Both the position numbers and the translations under genes were made by a program. A stretch of 61,437 bases of DNA, filler included, from Sphacelaria rigidula (lineage: Eukaryota), in the NCBI GenBank assembly GCA_964200075.2. It is 10 parts of 10 records of this genome, joined end to end, with 100 filler letters (N's around TTAATTAATTAA, not from the genome) between each part and the next. Parts side by side here need not be neighbours in the genome. Positions count along the whole stretch, not along the records: positions 1 to 6,054 come from CAXNAA020022538.1; positions 6,155 to 12,208 come from CAXNAA020022539.1; positions 12,309 to 18,362 come from CAXNAA020022540.1; 7 more parts are not named here. One strand, 5' to 3'. The notes under the pieces are model-generated. The model was not told where the DNA came from and made no database searches. It saw only the letters and a program-made list of their open reading frames with translations. Shown one piece after another: positions 1 to 13,089 of this stretch. Within the stretch, counting starts at the first letter, position 1; every line of letters begins with the position of its first letter.

Positions 1-33
1 CCTTGTCCCCTGGTCATCATCCAGGATCCTACA
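1..33 (-). mobile_element. 5' terminus (TGTAGGATCC...) of an LTR of the same family as the gypsy element at 24617-29773
   Basis: Bases 1-29 are identical to 29742-29770, and 30-33 (TACA) read TGTA on the minus strand, a canonical LTR start. Confidence 0.7.
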
Positions 34-3000
34 TGCTACATCCACTACGCCTTGGTGTATTTTGGCTACAGCGCTGTACAATTGTACTAGCCTCCGTCAC
101 ATTTTGAAAAACAACATGGATAGTACCATGTGTTCAAATGATTAAAAAACATCTTGCTGATCAGACCCGCAACAGAATAGGAACAAGAAACACGACCATG
201 GTGGATTTTGGGAGGATTGAAGCCTGAAGCCTATCTGCCTGTTTGGTGACGAGTCACGCCACATAGAGCACTCGCGGGCAGGTGGCTGCAGGAGGCCAAA
301 AGCAATTATCGCAACTCTATGCGCGTTATATACACGTTTCAAGCAGGTTGAGCTCGTTTCAAGCATATCAAGCAATTTATAAGCTTTGCGATGAAGAGGC
401 CTATATAAGCTAAAGAAACTCAAATCAAGCTAAAGTCTATGCGCGCATACGGAACTAAAGCCTACGTATCATCACCACTGGCCTTGTTTTCCATCTTATA
501 CTGTCTGCTGCTGAGCTACGACTTGTGCGCTGTATGTGTACGCTGTGCTACCATGCTGCAGACCATGCATCGTGTTTGTGGTCCCGTGGGGTGTCTTTTC
601 ATGAGAACGTTTTTCAGACCCGCGATTGATCTATACTGTCATCAGTGTCAGTGAATGACTACTTGCAGAAGATACATGTATTTCACCCCCGCGGTCAATG
701 TCGATGTTAGCAGAGTTTTCGCCCCAAATATTGCAGTAGGTCCGCATTTAGACCGGTGTACCAACCCCTAACGTGGAAATTTATGCGCGATGATGCTGCT
801 TGATAAACCCCATGCTGTTTATGCTACTTGATGACACGCTACAGTATGTTATTCACGGTACTCGTACTAGTAAATGATACCAGTACCAAGGTGGGATTAT
901 GCCCGTTCGTCATGACGCACTTCAACGTCTACAGCTCAAGACTGAAAGGGGTTTTTGTGCGCGCATACGGGAGCAGTAAAGCATGAAAGACTTGCGCGGT
1001 GGGCAGGTCGAGGCTAGGCGCTCCTTACTTGCTCCGAAAAAGCATGCACAACACGGGTGTGTGTCCAGCAGAGGGCCAGCTCCAAAGCTTATAACCGAGG
1101 TAGGCTACGAGTATGACTATGATGTGCGCTCATTCGCGTTTGTGCTACCCCCTGGCTGGGGTTCATACGATACAGCCCCCACTCATCAATCAATGTAATG
1201 TTCAACCCCCGCGCAGACGTCCAGCGTCTTTACTAGTGTTTGCCCTATACTCCCTCCGAACGGCCGCGCCCTGCTCAAAACAAAGAGTCTTGACCCCTTC
1301 CCTGTACACCCGGTGATGAAACATCGAACAGCCAGGAGCACAACCACCCCTCGAAACAGTGGGTGATGACGATACAAAGTACCGTACAGCACAGGACCGC
1401 GTAGAGGAGAGCAGAGACAGCAGTTGTTGGGCGCTTTGTGCGTATGTGATATGATGTGACTGCAGGACGCAGCTATGATCTTGGGCAAAGGTGACATTGA
1501 ATTATGGACATTTTCATGTTCAATTAGCGGAGACTTCGCTGCCCCTTGAGGTTGACGTTCTACGGAGAGCATGTATTTGAATTCGAAAAAAGGTGGTGAC
1601 CCAACCATGGCATGAATAGAGGAGTACGGCTTTTGGATTTTATGGTATGACCTTAGCTTATGTTGATTTAGGGGGCGGCGAAACACGTTCGAAATAGCAG
1701 CCCCTACGACCCCACGCTCGTTTCATTTCGGATTGGGCTGCGACTCAACAGGTCTCAATGGAGTATCTACAAACCGCGAGAAAGTGAGTCCCAGAGATAA
1801 GAGCAGTAGTCGGGCTGCTGTTTTGTCCGGTGTGTCTTGTTTATTTAGGCTTCGGCTTGTTTCGGTTTGTGTTGTATTTCCCTGTTCTTTAGATGAGGTT
1901 GGATGCAACCAATTGCGTGATAAAAGTGCTACTCTGGTCTGTAATATTTGCTTGTTGTCTCCTTGTGTGAAAGCAACACGCGACTGTGGTCAGCCCGCGC
2001 TGTTGAGCTGAGTAAACAAACAACGTACACAGAGGTCTGAACCTGGAACAATCGAGGTGAACACCATTACACCCTTCTCAAGGTGCCTTCACCTCTTTCA
2101 CATCACAGTTGGAGTTGGAGCTCCCGCACTGCCTCTGCTGTATTTTTTTCAGTTACGTTGTGTTCGGACTGCCGAGCCACTGTGTGCCTTGCCTGCGCAT
2201 CTCTTTGTTTGTTCATCGTCTAGCCGTCTGTAGCTGTTGCTCTGTCATCTATCCCTGGCGATATGAGTTTAAGGGCCTCTGATACACTAGACGCTCGCAC
2301 CCTGCGCCGACTCCGACGCGAACGTACGTGAGCAATAGCACTTGCCCCCCCAACCATCCTGACCTGCTCGTCCCAGCTGCCTATCTGTGGCAACCGCACC
2401 AGTAATGATACCCATCTACTCTTTAGCGGATGCGAGTCACCATGCAGAGTCCAATTTACACCGTGACTCCCCTGCCCCATTACATTTTTTCCCACATGAG
2501 CTGCCCCTACACTATCAGCTACCAACTCTTTTCTACCACCACCGGCACTGTATCAGCGTGCATCCTTTCGCTACACCCACCCCGCCGCATGTACGGTCGG
2601 CCTTTTATTCTTCAGTAGCTAATGTTGACCGTCTCTTGCTGTTTCAAGATATGCTCACCGTGCTGCACATTGTTTTTGTGCCCAACCTGGGTATTGACTG
2701 TACATCATCCGACCCCACCCTGTACTATGTATGTGAACCAAACATCCGTAATAACACTACAGTACCACCCTCTTCCCAAGATCCTCTGTGTGTGAGTTCC
2801 AAATGGTCTCGGCGGGCAATATGTTGCGGACGGCGAGGTACCGTGGTGTGCATACGTCGTTACTGCTGCACTATCTGAACGAAATAATCTATATTGCATT
2901 GTAGATATGAACACGGCGCGGATATAGCGGGTGTCGGGTGTTCTTCATGCAATCCGAACGAATTGACGTCGGTACAGCACCGTTGACCCGACCCTCCGCT

Positions 3001-4785
3001 ACCCCACGCGAAGATCACATGTACTGTAGTGTGCCACCGTGCATTTTGCTGTCTGGTGCTTTGCACGCTGCTGTTGTACTGCACTACATATTTGTATTAC
3101 GGTTGCGCTCGTACATTTATTGACTGTTTACCTGCACGATGATACGTCATCAATCCCCGACTCGGGGCGATCTTCAGCGAACTACGCGGTACTACAATCA
3201 GTATCGCCAGCCACGCTGGTATTGCCTCTAGACACGGCATCCGGCAGTTATTTTTTTTCTCAGCCTTAACGTGTTCTCAAAACAGAACTGAGCGGTTTGA
3301 CGTTGCTGTTCGCTGCATCCCACACGTCTATTCCTTCGTGACAAGCAGGTTTTTTACTGCGCTGTCACGCTGGTGACACTGTATGTCTCTTGATGGCGAC
3401 AACCTTCGTTTTCTTGTCTCTTGCTGTTACAATTTATTCCAACACACACACACACATACGGTTTGTTGTGTATCTTCGACATATATATATGTATATATAT
3501 ATTCTTTCGTCTGCACCCAATTCAAAAGGTGATAGACCGCTACATGTGCGGAGTGCGCGGACCTACATGTCGCTCGATAACTGTCGACAGTACCCTGCCA
3601 CTATGTTTATTTTATTTTCGTTCGCTCCGCCTCAGTCCTCAACAACTGTGCTGTCTCCCACGACGAAGCGTCACACTTCTACTTCGAACCCCATTGTCGA
3701 CCACAGGTCCACCCCAACAACCTTCAACAACAAACCCGCGGCAATATATTTTCTTTCACTCAGCCAGTGCACCATCACCACTTAACAAAATCCTCGTCGG
3801 CTAGCGTGGGTTCCCGCTTGTGGTGTGGGTACGCTAGCGTTGACCGTTCTGCCATGATGGGTTCCATGACAGCACAGTCCCGTGCAACATTGATGACTCC
3901 CAAATAAGCAATGACCAACCCCAGTGTTTTCATACTGGATCTGATCACCCAGTTGTATTTCCGAGTGGTAGGATTCGATGCCAGTTGGATCCGATCGCTC
4001 CGCGGAATCGGCAGTCATGTAGCGTAGCGCCTACCGCCTTAGAAGCAGGAACATCTTCTGATACGGTAGCTTTTACCCCTACGACAGTTCATCGTAGGAT
4101 GAAACGTTTACAAAGACTCCCCAGCCCCGAGAAGGACTCAGGAGTCCAGTCAAACCCGGTAACTCATGCGTGCAAAATTCCTAGTGTGCCCGGCCCCCTT
4201 GTATTTGGTGAGCGTAATGTCTCGTGCACTACACGCGCCAGTGTCGAACCCTTGCTTTCCGTAGCTCAGCGGGTTGGGAAGGAACCCCAAGCGACAGTGC
4301 CGACCAAGCGCCACACGTGTAGCCATGAACGGACTGACCTTGCCAACTTCCCAAAAGCCCCTGGAACAGCCGGCTCTAGAGTGCGCTATACGCGACACTA
4401 GGAGAAGGCTCTTCCGGATGAAACTGTAAATAAACCTGTAGTTGCCGCTGCATCCGCCCACCAAGAAGGTGCCCGGGTGCCGGGCACAGCGGATGAAGGC
4501 CTTGTCATAGAACAGGTCGGTGTTTCCCAGATCCCGAACAGATCAGCACCGCTTTCTGCCGACCCCTCGGAATCTATGTTGAATAATAAAGTAGCGTTGA
4601 CAACTGTTGGGACAGTAAAACCGCTACGCCCTGCATGTATGTCTCATGGTACCGGACAACCCCCGGCTGTACCGTCCTAACTGCAGTCTGATCAGGACTG
4701 TTTCTCCCCTGTTTCTCACAGCTCCGAGCAATTATCGCAAACATCCACATCCACTTCCTTTCCTAGGCGTCGTCCATCCCTGACT

Positions 4786-6030
4786 GTGTACGAAATCCAA
4801 CATTTGTCCACTGCACCACTCGCCATGCAAAACCCCCCGTGCCACGACGGCCCTCCGGAAAACACATTCGCTCCGGAGGATCAATCTCGAGTCTATTTTA
4901 GTACCATTTCCCAACAACACAAGAGCGATGTGGCTGCAGATCATTTGTCGAAATACGGACCCGACTTGGTTAGTGGAACTGCACTCATGGATGACGCCTG
5001 CTTCACAACCCGAATAGGTATACATAGTGGAGTGCATGCAACACGCCCTTTGATGGCCGTTGCCCTGCCCGACACTGGCTCGCCACAAACTTTCATCACC
5101 GCCAGCTACTGGCAACACATGATGAACGCTGGAGCAGTAGATAAACATTACCTTTCTAGTGTTCCGCCTCGTGTTTTTGGCGGGTTTGGTGCCTCCACTC
5201 CCCTTACGGTTGATCAATCAGCACGACTCAGTGTGCAATTCTTCGATGACAGGGGTCCCACTGCACGACTAGCTGTGTGGGCACTCATTGTGCCCGATGG
5301 TTCCATGTCGGTTGATGTTCTCTTGGGACGTGATAGCTGGCTACGTTTTTCCACACATACATACACGACAAACTAACCTGTTTCGAACCGACCACTGACA
5401 GGCAGATTGAAATTGGTACATCACGACGCGGATCCGGGGGCTCAGGCCTATGTCGATGACCCAACACAAACAGGTGATGCTTTTCGACTGTATTATGTTG
5501 GAGACCCGTGAACCTCAACACATTCGTGTGAACCTTGTGAGACGGAACGGATCCCCCGCCCTCACTGGACAGTACTTGGTCGACTTAACCAATCCCAACC
5601 AAACCCCAGACGGCATTGCCCCCTTTGATCAGACCGATGTATTTGTCCATGAGGGTCGGCAATTCATACCCCTCACATCCTCTGTATGTCTCGATGTCCT
5701 CCCTGGTCAGTTGTTGGGTTTTGCTCGAGCGCCCCTCCTACGGACAGCCCTGTCGAATATATGTCTGAAGGTGCCACCGCGAACATCATCAGACAGCTCG
5801 GAGACAAACGGTTCCACTTCGTTCGACAAGACTGACCCCATGGTTGTAGACGAATCGACTGATGCGCCTGACACAAACCCTCCGACTGTCTTACTAGATA
5901 TATTCTCGCCAGAACAACGTGTTAGTTTTCAACGATTATGGGATGACATTCCCCCCCATTTGAGACACATTGCGTTTGATTTATCTGGTGAGGGTTGGAC
6001 ACCCACGGTGATTGATCGATTTGCGCTCCA
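4786..6030 (+). mobile_element. Decayed Ty3/gypsy pol N-terminus: retropepsin-like aspartic protease and the linker towards RT
   Basis: ORF 4786-5376 has the catalytic motif VALPDTGSPQTFI and the downstream DVLLGRD motif. It continues after a stop/frameshift in 5450-6030 (LWDDIPPHLRHIAFDL) and is cut by another repeat and the contig end. Confidence 0.8.
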
Positions 6031-6054
6031 TGACACTTTCTACGATAGCCCCCC

Positions 6055-6154
6055 NNNNNNNNNNNNNNNNNNNNNNNNNNNNNNNNNNNNNNNNNNNNTT
6101 AATTAATTAANNNNNNNNNNNNNNNNNNNNNNNNNNNNNNNNNNNNNNNNNNNN
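6055..6154. other. Artificial contig spacer (44 N + TTAATTAATTAA + 44 N). The same spacer recurs at 12209-12308, 18363-18462, 24517-24616, 30671-30770, 36825-36924, 42979-43078, 49132-49231 and 55285-55384
   Basis: Identical 100-bp spacer with a six-frame stop 12-mer. The intervening segments are 6054 bp (x7) then 6053 bp (x3). Confidence 0.98.
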
Positions 6155-6849
6155 TGGTAGCGATGGTGGTTTAAGTTTTTTCTTTCTTTTCTGTATATCT
6201 CTTTTTCTCCCCCCCCCCCCCCCCCCCCTCCCCCCCCTTCCTCTCTCTCTCTCTCTCTCTCTCTTGTTCTCTCCCTCTCTCACACACACACCCATACATT
6301 CAGGCGGCGAAGGGGGACGGAGCCTGACTTATGAAACCCACTAGAAAAGTGATGGATAAACCTCCGAGGCGAGAAACACGCCAGGGTGGCATGGAGCCAG
6401 ACGGCAGAAAGCCCGCAGGATTCCAAGAACATTGATCCCGAAAGCTCTACATGACATGGGAAAGGAATGTGGACTCCGGCGTTAACAGGGCCACCATTAA
6501 GAGATTTGCCAAGGATCTACTAGACAATAAAAACAAGCAGCAAGGCAACATAGAATTAGAAAATGGCTCTGTGACGAACGGAGCCAAACGGAGACCGACA
6601 TTCTGGCGATCTTTTTGGAAATAGCTACTTCACGAACGCTTCAGACAGTCAGAGCAAAAGTAGTGCGGTACAGGATACAACAACTGGATCGCACTGAAAT
6701 GGGGGGAGTAAGATTCTCCACTCACCACTTGCGAACATCAAACAAACAAGAAAAACAAAACAAACAAACAAACAGGAGAGTCTCCTGAAAACAAGTGGGC
6801 ATAACCTTGAAGACCGACCGGGGACAGAAACTCTTGCCGGGGAATACGT

Positions 6850-7263
6850 TTACTTACTGGAACAGTCGGCAGCGATAAAGACATTCAGAAACCGCAGTAA
6901 CGCGTGCGTGCTGACGACTTCCCTGGTGTGTAATGGATAGCTCCAACTAGCGCCGATCACTGACGGCTGGTACGGCGTGCCCACAGCATTTCGGTGCGGT
7001 GGGGGCGAGCCCACTGGAGCCGACGGAACGGGCGGTATACCCATCACCTCTACAAACGAATTATTGTCTATCTCTATCTCCCCGCCACGGGGCGGAGGCC
7101 TCCGCTTATACTGCACGGGCCTTGTGTCGAGCGCATGGCCGCCTTTGGAACACCAGAGCGCTCGCCCAATCCATGCGACGAGACTGAACGAACAAACACC
7201 AGCGGCAGCTACGATCCCAATGCCCATCATCTCAGTGCCTTTATGTTTTGAATCTAAGCCCTC
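6850..7263 (-). CDS. Possible terminal exon of a single-pass membrane protein
   Basis: CAG acceptor at 7266-7264. A hydrophobic stretch (MMGIGIVAAAGVCSFSLVAWIG) is followed by basic residues and a Pro-rich tail (PPVPSAPVGSPPP), with a stop at 6850. No recognisable family. Confidence 0.35.
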   Translation of the reverse strand, partial: EGLDSKHKGTEMMGIGIVAAAGVCSFSLVAWIGRALWCSKGGHALDTRPVQYKRRPPPRGGEIEIDNNSFVEVMGIPPVPSAPVGSPPPHRNAVGTPYQPSVIGASWSYPLHTREVVSTHALLRFLNVFIAADCSSK

Positions 7264-8380
7264 CTGGTGCGCGTCCCGATGGGTTGTTCGACGATCGCAG
7301 GCGATGGAGGGGTGGGGATGACATGGGGGGGGGGGGGGGGGGGGAAGCGAAAAGCGACGTAAGGCCGCGTGTTGGCGACCCNNNNNNNNGGGTGGGGGGG
7401 GGAGGGGGGGGGGGGGGGGGGGGGGGGGGGTGGGGGGGGGGGGGGGGGGGGGGGAGCGGAAGGCAGAAAGGCTATTAGGACCTGTTGTTAGCACTTCCGC
7501 TTGTCGTCAGTACGTGCTTCATGGGTACTACAAACGCAATTGAGTATGCTGTTGTCGAGTATTGTCGTTGCTGCTTGCTGAAACACCCGGCAGATATTCC
7601 AACGACGAACGGGGGGAACGGCAGGGAGTTGCACATATGTAGGTTTGCAGCATTTTCCAGAAATTGAGCACTGAGGCTGTGATGTCCAGTGTGATATCGT
7701 CGTGGTATTGATTGAAACCTCGGTCGTCTACCTTTGACGATGTGGCACTATCTATGAGTTGGTGCAGGGGCACCTGAAGAGAGAGGATTCAACACAGCGT
7801 CTTCAGTTCTGCCATGGAATATGAGACTGTTTTACTGCGGATATCTGGAAGGTACGAGCTGTGCCCTTGTCATGACATAAATGGCGGAAACAAGTGGTGT
7901 TCCCGGGCTTAGAGCCGAAAAAGGTTTCACAGTGGTTCTACGGTAGGGGTGCACTTCCAGTCAAAAAGATTGCCGAGGCTGCACACCAAGACCCATTTGT
8001 TTTTTCCCTCGTCGAGAGACACGTAACGTGCAGTGCCTCAGAAACAATAGTCGATTTCCCTCACACTGGAATCGCCGAAATGCTCGTGTTTTCCTACTGA
8101 AACAACGAATACTAGAGAGGTTGAACACCGTCAACCTTGACGGAATATTTGAATCCCATGACTTGAACCCTCCGCCATGTGTGGGTGGAAGCAATTGGGA
8201 CGGGGCATGAGACGGGGCTCGCAATAAGAAGGTGGGGGGTACGCATCACACCCCAAAATTGGCCTGACTTGTTTTTCCCCAATTTGTCACAGAGCCATTC
8301 TACGATGGGGGAAGATGCCGGGGGGGGGGGGGGGGGGGCGTACTCATAATCATGCATGCCATAGTCATAAGACCATTGCC

Positions 8381-8675
8381 CCGGTGGCGTAAGGGTCCGA
8401 CTGCCGCCAATAGGGTTGAGGAAACGAGGATCCAATATTCCCGATGCGTTGGGCTTTTTCATCGTAATATCTTATCTCCACCGTGGAAAGCTAGGCAACG
8501 TGAGTGAACAAAGTAGTCGACTGGGTTTGTTTGACGTGAGTTGACTCAGTGCGGGAGTGCTGAACCAATCCGCGGAATCAAAATGGAAGGTGTGTACCGG
8601 GGAGAGTTGAGTTGATTCCTTGAGATCACGGTCTCACCCCGAGGAAGGGGAGGGGTTCAAAGTGTGACAAAAAAT
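8381..8675 (+). mobile_element. tRNA-derived SINE, family A
   Basis: Shares its body (GTGAGTGAACAAA...GTTTG...GAGTTGAC...GTGCGGGAGTGCTGA...CCGCG..A.CAAAATG) and tail (GAGA.CACGG...GAGGAAGGGG...AAAGTGTGACAAA) with the copies at 34615, 41553, 42176 and 45352. Confidence 0.75.
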
Positions 8676-9494
8676 ACAAAATGGCCTCGTATCCCTACAA
8701 AGCCGGGACGGAGCACGCGGGGTTTTCGCCGGACCAGGCTCGCAATCAACCACCGAGCGCCAAGCGCCGTGGTGTATTCCACGAGTCGCATGAAGGGTGG
8801 GCTGCATCCTGCTAAGCTTGTTCGGCCCGAAGCCTACCGATTATCTTGCATTCGGATGACAGCCTACAATGAGTTGCTTCATTTTCTGGTATCGCCACTT
8901 CCAGAGACAGCCCCGGCTCATGCACTGCCTCGTGGGTGTCTCACCATTTCAACACTACGTAGCACGATCATTCCCTTTGTGCGGAGTTGAAGTTCTCCTA
9001 CGCCGCACAACATGATCTAGCTCGACTACCATCATGGTTACCGGGAAAAACAAACGCAAACACGCAAAACAAAACGGTAATCTGGTTGCCTAGCTTACAC
9101 AGTGAGTGGCGTGTTTGACGGCGTTGTTGCCAACCGACGCCAACCCCATCGGGGGTCCGCCCCTACAAAGCCGGGACGAAGCACGTCGAGTTTTCGCCGG
9201 ACCAGGCTGAAGGGGAAGGAGGGGGGGGAAGGGGGGGTTGCCTCCACGAAACAAAAGGACTCACAGATGTGTCAGACGACCTGATACACTCGCGGTACGC
9301 TTGTATTTGGGTTCATACCATATCAGTCAGTATAAAACCAGCGCTATTTATCGGTAACAAGGGCGTTTGACCAACCGTTACTGCTGGCAAAGACGATTTG
9401 AAGTCGAATTTCGTGGGAGGAATAGCCGAATCTACCCCCCCCCCCCCCTCCCCCCCTCCCTCCCCATATCGTCGCATGACTCCACATTCTTCAC

Positions 9495-9800
9495 CACCCC
9501 TCTTCCTCGGGACGAACCCGTAGTCTCAGGGGATCAGCCAAGCCCAAACATTTCCCCACAGCACACGCCTCCCATTTTGGTCTCGCGGATTGGATCATGA
9601 CCATCAGCGCTCCCGCACGACGTCAATCTGATCAAACTAACTCAGCCCACTCCTTTTCGTCTGCTCACGTCCTCACGCTTTCGCCGATGGAAATCAGATA
9701 CTTCGAGGAAAAAACCCAACTCATTTGGCGGGAATCGAGCTTACCTTCACCCCCCACCGTGATGGTGTCAGTCGGACCATTAGGCCGCCGAGCCGCGGAG
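9495..9800 (-). mobile_element. SINE family A copy, reverse orientation
   Basis: Reverse complement of the family A body (CATTTTGGTCTCGCGGATTGG...CAGCGCTCCCGCAC...GTCAA...CAGTCGGACCAT). Confidence 0.75.
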
Positions 9801-10519
9801 ACACGGAATTTGATATTGTCACATATCGACCTACAGTATCACGATATATCTATCCAGAAGTGTCTCCTATCTCCCTATTTCCTGTGTAATAACCACCAAC
9901 ACTGTTGGCCCGATATGGCGAATGCTTTCGCGGTATATCGATGTGCTGAGTGGACTGGCTACTGGTGTACATACGCCCACTTGCGAGGGTTTCGGTTCAC
10001 CACATCCAACTCGGTTACTTCTCACCAAATTCTGGGTAAACTGGCTGTCACCCATCTTCTCCGCCCCCCATTTCTCCCCGGTATCTTACTATTTCCGTGG
10101 AGTAGGAAGAAAATAGCGCCACGTGTCATCTGTGTGTTCTCTACCGGACTAGTTCGAAGTCTTACAGTTCTCCTCTTCTCTGTTTTCTTCACAGCTGACG
10201 AGTATGGATGACAAAACGTCCAACCCGCGGCAATGTCGAGAAGGAATGCGAGGCTTCTCCCCGCCAGGAGTCATGGCCGAACACGTTTTCGGAGATTCCG
10301 GATGATTTCACCGCAAATACGTGCTTCGTAGCTATGAAGTCAACACAAGACAAGAGCATAAACGCCCACGCCGGGGTCGTACCGGTTAACTCCTTCCGTC
10401 ATTTCACTGGCGGTTGATGGAGTGGTTTGTTGAATTATTTAGCCGTGTAGTCCTTCCTGGCCAGATTTGTTTTCAAACGCGCTCTGACTTTTGCTCTGGA
10501 CAGAGGGTGAACTCTTCGA

Positions 10520-10886
10520 CTGTGTGTTAGGTTATCGTCCCATCTATTCTGGATGGCAATCTACACCTTTCGGTGTAAAATGTGGGCGCATCAGCAGGAG
10601 CCGCACAGCAGGAAGGCCAACACAGGAGGCGTTTTTCCTTCTTGTTTTAGTACGGCTCATTCCCCCTGAGGTGTTTGTCTTACTTTTTATCGCGAGAGGG
10701 GTTCAGCAGTCCCTTTCCCTCGTCGACCATCACGTCGATTGTTTTGTGTACCTACGATATAGTCGCTCTCCACTGTTGGGCATTGTGTGAGAAAATAATG
10801 CCAGATCGTGTGACTGTAGCGAAATTCGAACCCACGACCCAGCCGTCAGGGGGTCTCGAGGTTACCAGCTGAGCCACCGGGGCTAC
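10520..10886 (-). mobile_element. tRNA-derived SINE, family B
   Basis: The minus-strand head has a box A-like GTGGCTCAGCTGG and box B GGTTCGAATT. Body and tail (CCCATCTATTCTGGA on +) match 35247-35760 and 60952-61253. Confidence 0.8.
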
Positions 10887-11599
10887 CGGTATCGTACAAT
10901 CCTCGAACAAACATGCTCATTGATTAGAGTGGAATGGTGTATCTTTCCTTTTTCACACATACGGTCGACTATCGCTGAGACCCACGGCCGAAGAATGTAG
11001 CTGTTTACGCCAGGAAACAATCTATTGCCCATGTGACACGCAGCACAAGACGTCACCTCCTCATGCAAGACGGACAGCCGACGAATGGACACATTCGTGT
11101 TTATTTCGGATGTTTTCTGCTGTGTACTCGCGATGCTTAGCCACCCCGCTTTCTCCTCTGAGCAGTCTCAAACTGTCAAGGAATCAACAGACCCCCCCGC
11201 GGTACTTGCCCAGTCCTTGTCATCATCTAGGGTTGGATCGGCACCACTTCCGGATCCCCGACGGCTTTGACAGCGAGATATGTTTCTGCCAGATCTCAAA
11301 TCTGTTGAATGTGGACACTGCTTGCACAGCATTCATGCGCATCTAGTGCTCACTACAACCGGTGCCTTGTTATCCCATGTTACTTTTGACGTGAATGGAA
11401 AGTCGCGATATGTGAATTTATGAACCACAATTTGCTTGCGGGCAACCTTGATCATCTGAGAACACCTGATAAAAAATGGAGCGGATACAGTACCATAGCA
11501 CAGTGACCCTTCTCGGCCACAGAGATGATCCGGATTCGTCGTGTTGTTTTTAAACCTGTGCGTAAGTGTCTCGTATCATCACGTGGGACTCTGACTTTT

Positions 11600-12130
11600 T
11601 CGTCTGCTTACCGCCCGATCATACTCAGTGGTACTGTGGAGTCGGCATTCTTTCTAGCAGACTGGACACAGAAGAGCAAGGTGCTGGCCATAAAGCAGGA
11701 ATAGTGATGAAAATGATTTTCGTGTGCGGACCCCCGACCCTCCCAATCGGGATCAGGCCTCATTACGGCAATGTAGAGGGAACAATACATCTATCCCCGA
11801 CATCGTGTAGCATTGTGCTTGATGAGCGTAGTGTGTTCTCGTGCTCCCGTCGATGTGCGAGAAGAGTTGCAGCTCCTCCACTTGTGAGGTCGATGCGGGA
11901 GATCGGCATCTCGGTAGCCGGATATTCTATCACAGCTCGACCGTGGCTGCGTCGAGGCTTCGCTACTTCGTGTGCGGAGGTATCTTTTTCCAGGTGCCAT
12001 CATGACAACGAATCGATGGTCACAAATATCAGTTGTTTCTCTAAGTACAGGGGGTCGATACCGTGCAGTTGCGTACTTTGCAGCTGACACGAAGATGTTA
12101 GATAGAACATCTCGACTATGGTATACGTGT
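11600..12130 (-). mobile_element. Highly decayed LINE-like RT C-terminal fragment (tentative)
   Basis: Broken minus-strand peptides (PVLRETTDIC..., KRYLRTR..., AVIE..., REHTTLI...TRC) loosely resemble the post-RT region of non-LTR elements. Many frameshifts. Confidence 0.3.
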
Positions 12131-12793
12131 ATAACACTCGAGCATCTGAGTCACCGCTGAAAGGCGAGAGCACCCACCACCCCCCCCCCCCCCCCCGCAC
12201 CCCCCCCANNNNNNNNNNNNNNNNNNNNNNNNNNNNNNNNNNNNNNNNNNNNTTAATTAATTAANNNNNNNNNNNNNNNNNNNNNNNNNNNNNNNNNNNN
12301 NNNNNNNNATTTTAATCCTCCGGGTTCTCATCCCCAATCAAAAGCACCATCCTCAACATAGATGATTGGCTGTTTCCGGGAGAGGCGGGGGCGGGCCTAC
12401 GTGCCCGAAAAAATTCTCCGCGCTGCCCCCTGCCAGAGGGTTGAATGTTGATATATCGCTTTCCAAGGTAATCTCTCCACATGGACACTACACCATCGGT
12501 GAGATCATCCGATTGGCTTGAATATTCTCCGTGGAGCGCTTCTCATTTTGCGCCCTATCAAGAACGATTGTGTTGTCTGACACGCATGGGAAGGGCCCAT
12601 TTTATTGTCATCATGGTGAAATAATATTGTAGGTACGGTCGTGCCGGCACGCCGGCAGATATCTTTCGACCGCGGGTAGGTCGACAATGGAGCAAATTTA
12701 TTTCACTAAATCACAAATAAAGTGTCTCCAAATCAACCGGCATGTTTTGTCAAGACTGAACAGATACACGATGCCACGCTCCCTGCTGGCGTG

Positions 12794-13089
12794 ATGATTC
12801 TCGTCCTTAGCGTGCTGCTGGTGGGTGCACTACTGACTCGAGAGTCTCAGAGTTGGATTCTAGCAAATGGCGGTGGACAAGCATCCGTTCGTCGACACAC
12901 CGGGTCCCGACAACCTACGCAATCTTTAACAGAATCACGTGCTTTCTCAAGCGCATTAGGTCACCTGGAGAGGGCTAAATTGGGCTACGGTCGGCGACGG
13001 CTCCGCAACCAGGGGGGTTCATGGAGCACTGTCGGCATGAGCTTGGAGAAGGGAAGTGATGTGGGTGAAGAAGCCGTTGGTGCTCGGAG
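12794..13089 (+). CDS. NDC1: NDC1-type NAD(P)H dehydrogenase, exon 1 (signal peptide + plastid transit peptide)
   Basis: ATG at 12794 gives MILVLSVLLVGALLTRESQS-WILAN..., then a Ser/Arg-rich transit-like region. The GT donor at 13090 is phase 2, matching the acceptor at 16873. Confidence 0.65.

Noticed and set aside
6099..6110. TTAATTAATTAA recurring with about 6154-bp periodicity
   Set aside because: Synthetic six-frame stop linker inside N runs, not biological periodicity.
10190..10300. Minus-strand LAFLLDIAAGWTFCH resembling kinase subdomain VIa
   Set aside because: Flanked by stops, with no HRD/DFG motifs or clear splice sites; too weak to call.
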